From assembly GCA_030167865.1 (NCBI GenBank), contig JALAGF010004104.1, positions 1 through 64,000 of the forward strand: 64,000 nucleotides of DNA, read 5' to 3'. Under the pieces are notes generated by a model that was given only the letters and a program-made list of their open reading frames with translations, was not told the origin of the DNA and ran no database searches. The position numbers were made by a program, and so were the translations under genes. This DNA comes from Craspedostauros australis (Eukaryota). Below are positions 34,880 through 45,680 of the stretch, one piece after another (positions within the stretch are counted from its first letter, which is position 1; every line of letters starts with the position of its first letter).

Positions 34880-35658
34880 TTGAATTTGTTGAGAATGATG
34901 TTGTGAACAAATTTGTGAGCAACAACCACATCTGCTCCACCAAAAGAGGTTTGCGTGAAACGCGTGAGGGCTCAACCAACCATGACGAATAGAGAGTACG
35001 GAAGGAATCATCGGCGTGGTGTGGTGTGGTATGTCGCGCGTGATCGGCGTCTTGGATCGTTGGATTGTTGTTGCGGAGTGTGGTGACATCGTGCGATTCA
35101 GAGAAAGGGGTTTGGTTTTGAGTTGACTGTGAGTTGCAGTGTTGTGAGTGAGTTTGAATTTGGACATTGCCATCTTTGTCACTTGTGGCACGTCATGTTG
35201 ATGGTCTCTCATGTTTGTGCATCCGTTATCCAATTGTGGAAGGCAGAGGTTTCGGAGTTTTCGAAAGATGTGATTGTGTCGCGTTGTGAACCTGGTCCCA
35301 CACACATTCGGATAGTGCCAATTTTTTGCGCGGGATTTTGTGGCATCTCATCATTGACTGTCTTTGTTGATGTTGAACCATGGCAAACACTCGCGGATGG
35401 GAGTGTCATACGCATAGTATGCACTCACTCGTAGGAGTATAGTGCCATGCAGTATGTTGCATACGAATAGGACACATCAACACTCAACATTCAGTGCGCA
35501 GCAGCTCTCCGCACTTAATTCTCCACACTGAGAATCAAATCAAAATGATGGCGAGAGCACATATAAAACATGAAATACAACAGAGCAGATTGGGCGCATT
35601 CGTCGTAAATGTTCGTACCTGATGTGAGCAGAGCCCGGCGCACAATTGCAATCACGCC

Positions 35659-36664
35659 TCATGACGAAGCCTCTCGAAGCTCTTCTTCGTCGCTGCCATC
35701 ACCGCCCTCATCGGCGCCATCGAGATCCAACGGGCTGCCGAATGTATCCGAAAACACAACTTCATCCACGGGAAGTCGCGGCGTTCTGACGAACGTGCTG
35801 GACTCTTCGAACTCGTAGCCGACGCCCACAATGAGAGGCACGGCGTAACGATCAGGGATTCGCAGGACTTCCTTCGTGCGCCTCACGTCGAATCCTTCCA
35901 TGATGCAGGACGCGAGATCGTGGCTCGTCGCCGCGTAGACGAACGACGCGGCCAGAAGGCCCGAGTTCTTGTAACACCATGCCTGCACGGGCTCGATGGT
36001 GGGCGTCGGCTGCACGTGCGACATCAGGTCGGTCGCGACGTTCTTGATCATCGTCGCAGCGTGTCCTTCGCCGATGAGGAAGGACGATGCCATCGGGAAG
36101 GTGGCCATGTAGTTCGGATGCCTGTGATCCCTCTCGAGCTTGGCAATGCGATCGACGCGCTTCGTGGGTTCCAGATCGGCCAGGAAGACAGCGAGCGCGC
36201 TTGCGTCTCGGGCGCGGAACTGATTGCCAGGTCCCAGCATGGCCTGGTCCGCGAGCTGCTCTTTGATGCGTTCGTTTTGCACCAGGATGACTTGGCTGGG
36301 TTGCAAGTTGAAGCTCGATGGTGATCTCTGGGAGCGCAGCCAGGGATGAATGCGATTGGAATTGCAGCAGGCGAAATGAGACAGCGTTTCTTCGTCGTCT
36401 TGCGTTTGTCATGAGTTGGCCATGTACAGATCAAGAATGAGACACGCAAGCACAGATATCCACCATCATCATCATCATCATCATCACCATCGTCTTCACC
36501 TTCATCTTTAACATCGTTAACATTCACCGTGCTCAGTTGCTCACCATCGTGGATTCCAACAAATCAGCCATCACGGGCTTTGGGATGGCGCGGTTTGGTT
36601 GGAACCGACGTGACGTTCGTCGTGCCTGAGCCAACGCTCGGAATGCTGCTGCGCTTTTCGTCAT
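35659..36664 (-). CDS. nitroreductase family protein; exons 36664-36545, 36327-35659 (~262 aa)
   Basis: ARRTSRRFQPNRAIP...STM|RSPSSFNLQP; AATSHDLASCIMEGFD; RLPVDEVV; GT-AG intron 36328-36544. Confidence 0.9.
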
Positions 36665-36961
36665 GGTCCCTCGTGTCTAGTTCTTCCTCGAATGGTTTGT
36701 GGATTCCAGAGAGAGAGAGAGTGGAGCGTGCTCTCTAGAGTAAGGATTGCATGTGCAGAGTATGCTGCCTTGGTGCCAATGTTGTTGGAGTTGTCGGCAT
36801 GGAATCTCAAACGTGGCGCGCAAAAGGGAAGGAACGTGGACAACCACGTTAACGAGAGGAAAACGGACAAGACAGGATCAGCTCACGATGTTGGTGTTGG
36901 CTGCTGAGAGAGGCAAAAGTTGCGCACAACGCCAGTGGACGAAACAAAAGGAACAAGCCAA

Positions 36962-37033
36962 GGTCGCCTCCGGGAATCGAACCCGGGACCTCCTGCACCC
37001 GAAGCAGGAATCATGCCTCTAGACCAAGGCGAC
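36962..37033 (-). tRNA. tRNA-Pro(CGG), intronless
   Basis: Acceptor stem GTCGCCT/AGGCGAC, anticodon arm CCTGC-TTCGGGT-GCAGG, T arm CCGGG-TTCGATT-CCCGG, discriminator C. Confidence 0.95.
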
Positions 37034-37539
37034 TTGCTCTTGTTGCCAGCGTCACACATTCTATGCTCCATATACATCGCATCATTGCATTTGTTCACAG
37101 GTCCAACGCTCCTCATTTCTGGTGCCCGGCACTCTTTCTCGTGTATCTGAGATCATGTGACAACTACTGGTAGTCTACCAACACTGATATCAACTTCTGC
37201 CGATGTTGCATCGTATCGCCTTTGATGCGCTTGTGCAAGATCCTTGCTGTTGCGTCCTGTTCATTGTAATGCTGCGCACTTCACAGGTCCGTCTCGGCAA
37301 AGGAGCATCTACCTATACCACCATAGAATATTTGCCAAGGACGTTGCGCAAACTGAGCAAACGCCTTGGATCTCTCCTTTCGAAAAATGCACGAGCGTGA
37401 TGTCGTCGCACCATACGCTGGTAGCATTAATGTTGAACTACTCGTCTTCGTATTATCATGGCAGTCTACATCCCATACTCTCTGTAGAAGAAAGTCTTGA
37501 CCTGCGATCGTATCGCTCAGGCGCAACCTCCGGCTCGCT

Positions 37540-40500
37540 CTACTTTTGCATGCTGACGCGGTAAATACCATACACAGGGCGGTGATCGGAGTGGGTGGCG
37601 GCCGGCACGCTTGTGTACTCGAGCACTCTGGTCCCTGACGGCTTGAAGAGAACTCGGTCGGTCCAGGCCGGAACGCGCTGCTTGTGCGAAGAGTCGTACG
37701 TGCCGGTGTCCCTGTCGAACTTGAACGTCGGGGCGAAGCTGACCTTGCCCTCCGCCATGCCAGGGAAGGCCCTCCCTTCGCTCACGGTTCGGATCAGCTG
37801 GTCGTACGGCATCATCTCATCCAGCAGCATCTGCCGGCGATCTCTGTCGCTGCCGTCATCTGCAGTGTCCTGCCATTCCAAAATGATGCGCTCCATTTCT
37901 TCGCGTGGAAGCTCCACGCGGTAATTGAGATCTCCGCAAAAGAATGCTCTGTCGACCGAGTCGAGCAACGTGCGAGACTTCTTCTTGCCGAGCGCGCTGT
38001 CGTCTGCGGAGATCATCGACGATGTCTGAAATCTCTCCGGCGCCTGAGCCTCGAGTTCGGAGATGATGCGCCAGAAGTCGGAATCCCGAGCATCCGAGTG
38101 CTTCAAGTGAGCTGCCATATGCGCCGTGACGAACAGCATCCTGAGCGGCTTTTTTGCCTTGCTCTTGTTCTTGCCCTTGTTCGCCTTCGTCGTTTTCTTG
38201 CGTTTCTCGTCGCCCTCACGGGTGGCGTTGGACTCATCATCCTGCGATTCGGCTTGTCTGGGATGAAGCTCGAGGAAGGCACCGATGGCCCCCTTGTTGT
38301 GAAACACGTTACCGATGCCACATGTGACATCCGCAATACTGCATGCCTTGATCTCGCCCAGGAAGGAGCGCTTGGCGAAGAGGCCGAATTGGATGCCGCC
38401 CAGCGAGTGCATGGCGATCGGAACATATTGTGCTCCCAGCATCCTGATCATCAGCCGACGGAACTCTCTTGACCGGCGACCCTCGCTCCTTCGCGGCTTG
38501 ATGTTCTCGCACTCCTGACCAGACACGAGCACTAGCTCGCTGCCATTCTCTCCTACTCGACGAAACTTGCGAATGAAGCTGGCCTCTTCCTCGGATGGCG
38601 ATTCTTCCGCCAGGTTCCATGTCACGACAGATACCGTGATGTCGGATTCGGCATCTTCCGAAGTTTCCAACTTTACCATGCCGTCCGTCGCCACAGGCGA
38701 CGGCGATTGTGATGGTGCGAATGTTGCAGCGGCATCTTCAATCTTGTCATCGCCGCTGCCGTCTTCCAGGATCTGATCGCCGGCGCGGAGGTCCATCCTT
38801 TTCATGGAGCGACGTGAAGCGTCGTCCTGATTCTCCTCTTCCTCCTCTTCCCCGTCCTCATCTGCCGCCTTGTCGCTGGTAGCATTGCCTTCTGTTTCTT
38901 CCTCGATTGCGGCGTCCGAAATCGCGTGGAATTCTTCAGATGCATCAAGAATGGCCTCTTGTTCTTGTTCTTCCGTATCACTTTGAGCAATAAGCGTTGT
39001 GCTCGTGGTTTCAACATGGTTCAGATCGTCGTCATTATCACCATCTTCTTCGCTGTATGTGACAGTAGCATCCAAGGAAACCTTCAGTGCAGAAGAATCA
39101 GGCTGGGCGGATAGGTGAGCTTCTGTTGCAATGTGGTCGCCACTCTCTTGCTCCAGCCATGGATGCACATTCTCCTGTAGCACTTGCCCGATGAAACTCA
39201 CCACATCGCGATCATACAGCGAGTCCTCGCCCTGCTTGTCGGCATGTTCGTCTGATAAAATCTGCCTAGCTTGCCTTGCCTCCTCGGCTGCTGCGATTGC
39301 GTTCACAGCGCTTCGTTCGTCCGTCGAAGCTGGGGCTGCGACATCCTCCGTGGCCTCAGTGTTGGCCTCGCTTCCGGCTTCATCTTGAGGATCCAACGCA
39401 GCGGGTGAGATATCCTCTTCATCTTCATGATCGGCCTCTACCGATGCCTCTTCATCAGCAGTCGGCTCGTCGATCAGTTCAGCATCATCGAGCCCAGCTT
39501 GTGACGTAGCGTGTTGTTGCAAGACCATTTCATCGCTCTCATCACTCTCATCACCGCCCTCGTCGTCTTCAATCTCCTGCGCCAATTCCTGTTGATCCGA
39601 ATCAGTATTTGCATCGCCCTCGTCTTCAACATCCTCACGTTCTTCTTCTTCTTCGTCCTCCTCCTCCTCCTCGTCAGCTTCCTCGTCTTCTTTGTCGTCA
39701 TTGATGTCTTCTTCATCTTGTTCGGCTTCATCCACTGCTGCCACAGCTGACAGTTGGTCAAGTTCTTGGTCTTGATCTTGATCCTGTTCCTCGTCCGTTA
39801 ACGATGGTGTGCCGGCAGCATCTGCAGGTTCGTCCTCGTCGCCACCATCGCTATCTTCGGCGCCATCGTTATACTCACCCTCATTTTCTTCTTCATCATC
39901 GTTGCTGCCTTCGCCTCCATCTTCATCGGGGATTGTGTTCGCCTCAGCAACCAGGTCAGCCTCGTCCACTCCGAATGTATCTGCATCTGCATTTGTTTCT
40001 GCCCTCGCGACTGACACGATATCCTCTTCCTCTTCGTCCTCAAAGTCCACGGCCATGTCGGTTTCCGCATCCGTAACTGTCACCGGCTCGTCAGGTTGAG
40101 GCAGGCTTCTCTCGCTCGATTCTTCATCTGGAGTCTCCTCCTCCTCCTCCTCTTCGTCGTCCTCGTCATCTTCTTCAATCTGGTCAGTCGGCAAAGATGT
40201 CGATGGAAGAGCTTCCGATGCTTCCGCGACCGTTTGGGTCGAATCCTGGGGAGCTTCCGATTCCGCCATGGGTTCGTCATGTGCTTCCGCTTCTTGATCA
40301 TCCTCACTTTGCGCGTCGATTGAAGCATCATCGACCAGAGAAGAGCTTTCATCGGCGTGAACCGTATCAGTCGAAGGATCTGGTGCTGAAAGAACGGCTC
40401 CCAGTTCCTTCTCGTCTTCCACACCGTCATCTTCAGCTTCCGGCGTAGTGGTTGCCTTGGACGATGTGACGACGAAGGCCGCCTTTTGAATACCGACGAC

Positions 40501-41898
40501 TTCGTTTGTCGTTGCTGCGCTGTCGTTGTCCGCTGAATCCGAGTCATGTTGATCATCCGGTTCTTCTTCTTCTTCTGTTTCTTCCGTTGTGACTTCTCTA
40601 TTGTTTGCGTGCGAAGCAGGAAGATCGGCATCGCAGGTGTTTGCTCCAGCCTGCGCTGCCTCATCCACGTTTGCATTCCCTTCTGTGGCCGTCGCTGCTT
40701 CCTCGTCCTTCTCATCCTCGCCATCAGCATCCTCAATCGCGCTGTCTACGAGTGGCAAAGATCGAACCCCGGAGGGAGATTCTCTTTGTTGGAGAGCCGC
40801 GATGTTCTCACTCGTCTGAAGGATGGATGCAGCGGCGAGTTGCGAAGCAGATTGTGGGAGAGCATCGGACGACGACGATGATGATGCATCGCTCTGTGCC
40901 TTCGACCTCGATTTGGCTTTCTTCTTCTTGGTGGACTTGGTGGCAACTCCTCTGATGGGTGGGGGCATAGGTTTGGCCGCTTCTGCCTCCTCGTCTCCGG
41001 AACGCCGCTGCTTGGACCTCTTGCGTTTCTTCTTTGCAGGCTTCTTGGAACGACCAGGAAGCGACGGTTCTTCTTCGATACGCTCTTCCTGCTGCTGCTG
41101 CTTCTGTTGCCGTTGCTGTTCTGCTTCATCTGGCTCCTGCGTGACCGGATCCAATGCGGGCGGCGTCTGTGTCTGTGCATCGCTCGGATCTGGATCCAAT
41201 GGACCAGCACGCTTGCTGCGCTTAGCCTTCTTGCGCTTCGGTTGTTTGGTCGTCGTCACTGTTGCAGCGGCCGTTGTTGAAGCAATCGCATCGGACGCGG
41301 TTGCCAGTGCATCATCACCATCATCTTTGGCCTCTGCACGTTTGGCATGCTTGACACGTTTGGCTTTCTTGGCCGATTTGGTGCGTTTGGCGTCGGATTC
41401 TCGCAGCTGGGCATCGGCATCTGCGTTGGATCCATCTGCATCTGCTATTGTGCCCGCGTCTGGTTTCGATTGAGCATCCACCTCCTTCCTGCGCTTCGTT
41501 CGCTTCGTCTTCTTGGAAGCAGGATCTTGCGCGCCGTCTGCTGCTTCGGATGGCTTCCTGGTCGAAGCTGACTTGGACTTTGCCGACTTCGTGTCATCCG
41601 TGGTTGCCGCCTTCGTGGCTCTTCGTTTTCTCTTCTTTCGGCTGGGTGACGTCGGCGATGACGGCGCAGATGAGGATGCCAAGTCGTCCGCAGTCGGAGA
41701 CTCGGCAGGTACATCGTGCACACCGAAGACCTTGTGATTGGCGGTCGCGAAGCTCGATGTGCCAGTCCCCGGTCTGATGGGCGGAGGCGTGGAGCTCTTC
41801 GCCAAGGCCAGGAACGTGCAAGGGCCATCACGGCGCAGCTGGCACTCGCTCAACAGCAGCATCAGCGCCCATCTGGATATCGTCCTCTTCATCGTCAT
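37540..41898 (-). CDS. inositol polyphosphate 5-phosphatase with very long basic-then-acidic disordered N-terminus
   Basis: VVTWN, GQEC, HNKGAIG, FFCGDLNYR, FAPTFKFD, PAWTDRVL and SDHRPV motifs; likely start MTMKR at 41898. Confidence 0.9.
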   Translation of the reverse strand: MTMKRTISRWALMLLLSECQLRRDGPCTFLALAKSSTPPPIRPGTGTSSFATANHKVFGVHDVPAESPTADDLASSSAPSSPTSPSRKKRKRRATKAATTDDTKSAKSKSASTRKPSEAADGAQDPASKKTKRTKRRKEVDAQSKPDAGTIADADGSNADADAQLRESDAKRTKSAKKAKRVKHAKRAEAKDDGDDALATASDAIASTTAAATVTTTKQPKRKKAKRSKRAGPLDPDPSDAQTQTPPALDPVTQEPDEAEQQRQQKQQQQEERIEEEPSLPGRSKKPAKKKRKRSKQRRSGDEEAEAAKPMPPPIRGVATKSTKKKKAKSRSKAQSDASSSSSSDALPQSASQLAAASILQTSENIAALQQRESPSGVRSLPLVDSAIEDADGEDEKDEEAATATEGNANVDEAAQAGANTCDADLPASHANNREVTTEETEEEEEPDDQHDSDSADNDSAATTNEVVGIQKAAFVVTSSKATTTPEAEDDGVEDEKELGAVLSAPDPSTDTVHADESSSLVDDASIDAQSEDDQEAEAHDEPMAESEAPQDSTQTVAEASEALPSTSLPTDQIEEDDEDDEEEEEEETPDEESSERSLPQPDEPVTVTDAETDMAVDFEDEEEEDIVSVARAETNADADTFGVDEADLVAEANTIPDEDGGEGSNDDEEENEGEYNDGAEDSDGGDEDEPADAAGTPSLTDEEQDQDQDQELDQLSAVAAVDEAEQDEEDINDDKEDEEADEEEEEDEEEEEREDVEDEGDANTDSDQQELAQEIEDDEGGDESDESDEMVLQQHATSQAGLDDAELIDEPTADEEASVEADHEDEEDISPAALDPQDEAGSEANTEATEDVAAPASTDERSAVNAIAAAEEARQARQILSDEHADKQGEDSLYDRDVVSFIGQVLQENVHPWLEQESGDHIATEAHLSAQPDSSALKVSLDATVTYSEEDGDNDDDLNHVETTSTTLIAQSDTEEQEQEAILDASEEFHAISDAAIEEETEGNATSDKAADEDGEEEEEENQDDASRRSMKRMDLRAGDQILEDGSGDDKIEDAAATFAPSQSPSPVATDGMVKLETSEDAESDITVSVVTWNLAEESPSEEEASFIRKFRRVGENGSELVLVSGQECENIKPRRSEGRRSREFRRLMIRMLGAQYVPIAMHSLGGIQFGLFAKRSFLGEIKACSIADVTCGIGNVFHNKGAIGAFLELHPRQAESQDDESNATREGDEKRKKTTKANKGKNKSKAKKPLRMLFVTAHMAAHLKHSDARDSDFWRIISELEAQAPERFQTSSMISADDSALGKKKSRTLLDSVDRAFFCGDLNYRVELPREEMERIILEWQDTADDGSDRDRRQMLLDEMMPYDQLIRTVSEGRAFPGMAEGKVSFAPTFKFDRDTGTYDSSHKQRVPAWTDRVLFKPSGTRVLEYTSVPAATHSDHRPVYGIYRVSMQK

Positions 41899-44584
41899 GG
41901 TGGACAAGGCGGGATGCTGATGCGTTGGAGTTCTCTCTCTCTCTCTCTCTATTGATACTCGTGGAGTAGCGAATCTGAAGTGGTGTGGCGTGAGTGTTGC
42001 TCCAGGACGCAATGATAATCCAACGGTCAAGCGGCAAGCATTCGGATCTTCCCTGATGTCTGTTGGTGTTGGTGATACAAGGATGAGTAAGATGAGAGCT
42101 TGCGAGTACGATTGGGGTCTGGCATCTGAACGGTGGCTCCGTCCATCCAACCGACGCACCGTTCGATCATCAATCCGCCGCATCCAAAGCCAACAACTAC
42201 ATCTTGTTTGTCGTTTGGTTGGCACGAATCTGACAAGTGGAGGTCCGTTGAAGAATCCTTCAGTCTGCCCTGCGACCGCACAGTAAAGGTATCTTTTTCG
42301 TGACAGCGACAACATCCTCGTAGAAAGAGGAATGCAATCTAGAGAGACTGATGGAGGTGATAGCAACATCACCGAAGGAGGATCTTCGCATCATCACCAA
42401 ATGCGCGAAACATGAGATGTGCAACCGTGTTCATGGCAACGGCAATGGCATTGGAAAGGAAAGAGGCTTGTATCTTGCGTTTCTTCGTTCTATGGTGTAT
42501 TCTGATGGCGATTGTCACGGAGCAACGGGATCAGCCGTGGTTGCGGAACCCTGCACAGAGAAAGGATCAACTCCAAAGAGCATGCAGTCTATGTGATGTG
42601 TCGGAACCGTGGATGGAGTCCTGGTCGAGTGAGGATGCGGTGGGTGAACAGAAGACCGATTTCGCATCATCGCACCACATCACATCACATCAAATGATGC
42701 ATGCAGCAGTGCATCGCACAACGATCGTATCACTACACTCCTCCGTCTCGCGACCCTTGCTCTTCGCCCTTCCACCCTCCACAGCTTCATTTTCGTTTTT
42801 ACACATCAGCCTCAAACCCGTTCTTGACCGGCACATCCACCATAACTCATGCCCCTTCGCAGTGGTTGAACAGAACAGTCTCCACGCCGTATCCACTATA
42901 CCCCGTATCCACTATACTCCACTTGGGCTGTCCTCGGATTTGCACTGCTTTCGGAGCTTGGCTCAAATTGAGCACAGAGAGTCAGAAAAAACGGGATCGT
43001 GGTCAAGTTCGAACAAAGGGACGTCCTCGCGACAGCCGCATGCTGATTGAGTGGCATAGTACGTCGAATGTAAACTCAATACGAATGCAAATGTCATTGC
43101 CATTCATGGTACAGACACCCACGAGCTACTCTGAGGACATTGCACGCGGCACTCTCGGATCTCATTGAACCAAACGAAAGAACGATGACAAGCTCAATTG
43201 CTCTTCCCCTTGTCTTCCGGAAGAGCAGAAGCCCAAACGAATCCGGCCTCGAGAATAACAAGACCAAACTTGTTGGCAGGGCCACGTACAACCATGCAAG
43301 GGCACGATCAATTATGTGTAAGCAGAGTACGATACTCTGTTTCATGTTTATCAACCACGCCTCCTTCTTCGAGATCGTCCAACTTATGTGATCCATGTTG
43401 CGATTGCACAAGACCGCATGGATTGCCGCCAGCATTGCAATTCGCATCATAGAATAGGAGCCAAAAGGTGTGGGCGGTACATACGTGTTTCCGACCAGTC
43501 GTCGTCTTGGCTCGGTGTCTGCCCCGTGCCGCTGATGGCTCAAGCTGAGTCGCTCAACCTTCTCCCACCACGGAGGGTATTGCGCACATTCTTGGCACTT
43601 CCCCCAAACAAAAAACGCCATAGATGGACGTTGGACAACTGCTCGTGCTTGACATGTGCAATGTTGATGATATCAAAGTAGGCAGGTATATTGGACATCA
43701 GTAGGTGCGGAGCAGAGCAGTGGAATAGATCGTATACTATGAATCTATTCTACTAGATAGCTGCTTTGTCTCTGCCAATGTTGACGAAGATGTTGCCATG
43801 ACGTGATTTCCGAGACGCTGAACAAATGCAACCGAATGGTAGAGCACCACGAACGATGGTGAACGCGTCGAGGTGCGATCTACACGGTTCCTGCACAGCT
43901 GGTGTATTTTCTGCGCAGTTTTCTCACCAATCAGTCGTGGAAAGAATGAGCATAAGTTTAGCCGTGATATAAGTATGGATAGCGTATGCGACACATGGTG
44001 AGACAGCGTCGTATAACGTCAATAACGCAACGAATCGATAGGCTACAGCGCGCTGGCTATCGCGGAGACATTCGTACCCGGGTGTCTGTGCAACACCTTT
44101 TGGTCCAAAAACCAAAGACGCGCCGAAACAAGAAGGAAAACTCTGCGCTTTTCTTTGTTGTCGTGAACGTTTTCGCCTTGTTCCCGTGCGTGTCGCGTGT
44201 GGCGATTCCGGTTTTGGCTGGGAGAGGCCAATCACGAGCACGAAGGGTGGTGGAGCCATCTCTGTGGTGTTTTTTGACACGACACACGACGACCAAGAAA
44301 ACAGAGAGACAGACAACAGTCCGGGCAATGTGTGACGAATTGCTCTCTGTGGAGCTGCTGCGGAACCACACAGCGCCACCATCTTCAACACACACCCCCA
44401 AGAGGACACACAGCATCAACGAAACCTGCGACCCCAACAGAACTACAGAACTACAGAGAGAGAAGTGAGAAGACTCATCAAACCAACAAAGGTGAAGGCG
44501 CAAGAGCGTAATCGTATTGGTACGAGCTATGCCACCGGGCGTACGCATAAACGCATTGACAGCGGCCTGGAATCCAAAGGGGGA

Positions 44585-45027
44585 ACAACAGCGACAACAA
44601 CAGCAACAACAGCAACAACAGCAACAACTCAAACAAGATAAACAATAAGAGCGATCACAACAACGACAACAAGAGCAACGACGACAACAACAAGGTTCGC
44701 GTTCCTCTCCTTGATGATCACAACGATTCCGCACATACCACAGTTAAATTGTTCATATCGCAGCACATCGCAGCACACCACAGCACACCGCAGCACACCG
44801 CAGCACACCGCATGCCTCCGAGTCTTCATCTCCTGCAAAGGTACCCCTCCGACCTATTATACTTGTACCATCATATCATTGTACCACCATTGTAGGGCGA
44901 CGCAGGCAGCACCGCAGAACACCTATCATAGAATACGTTTCAATGGAGAGCGGGAAACCGCGGCGGATCAGCATACAAAAATAGGATCTGCGGAACAACG
45001 ACTCATCACCGAAACCTGATAATCTCT

Positions 45028-45068
<41 letters not shown>

Positions 45069-45365
45069 GCACACACGATCAACAACGCGCAAGCAGCCAG
45101 TTGTCGCACCCAAGATTTAGCGGAACAGAGCTCAGGCGCACTTGCACCACACTCTTGTTGTCAAGCCGCGGGCTGGTCCATTCCTTCCACTACAACCCGA
45201 ACCAACCAACAAGGACACAACAACAACACAACAACAACACAACAACAACACAGAACAACACAACACAGAACAACACAACACAGAACAAGGACAACTGTGA
45301 ACAAAAAACACTCGCGAAACAGGACTGGCAAGATCGTGGAAAGCGCTTCCAAGTCAACCAGCCAA
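44585..45365. repeat. CAA/ACA-rich low-complexity tract with (CAGCA/CACCG) units and (GA)~18 at 45030-45065, upstream of the VPS9 gene
   Basis: Direct inspection of the sequence. Confidence 0.75.
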
Positions 45366-45680
45366 CCAGCCAAACACCCAAACAACCAGCCAGCGAGTCA
45401 ACGGACAAGGCGTTGACGCAAGTGTTGACGCATCCCACTCCATTGCCTCCACCACTTTCGTTCTCTCCACTTCAACGCACTTCACTTCAAGTCAATTGCA
45501 TCGCATTGCATTGGATCGAGACCGGATCCGTGAGGGTTGAACAGAGGAGTCATTGAGACCGTACCATCCTCCGCAAGCATCAGCAGCATCAGCAGCATCA
45601 GCAGCAACAGAACCCTGTGAGAAGCTCACCAGCCCCATCGACGCAGGCACAAACAAAACCACAAACGACGGATCGAGGAC

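Noticed and set aside
36962-37033. Functional link between tRNA-Pro and the DTW-GNAT gene
   Set aside because: 4.5 kb apart with unrelated genes between; such proximity is not informative in a eukaryotic genome
41899-42372. N-terminal extensions given by the ORF track (also 11959-12195, 21888-22091, 30494-30814, 53850-54293)
   Set aside because: Mostly non-ATG starts upstream of better ATGs that begin signal peptides or conserved domains; likely 5'UTR or promoter
42373-45680. ORFs of 150-225 aa and CRISPR-like periodicity in the CAA-rich tract
   Set aside because: Simple-sequence repeats without unique spacers; the ORFs arise from low complexity
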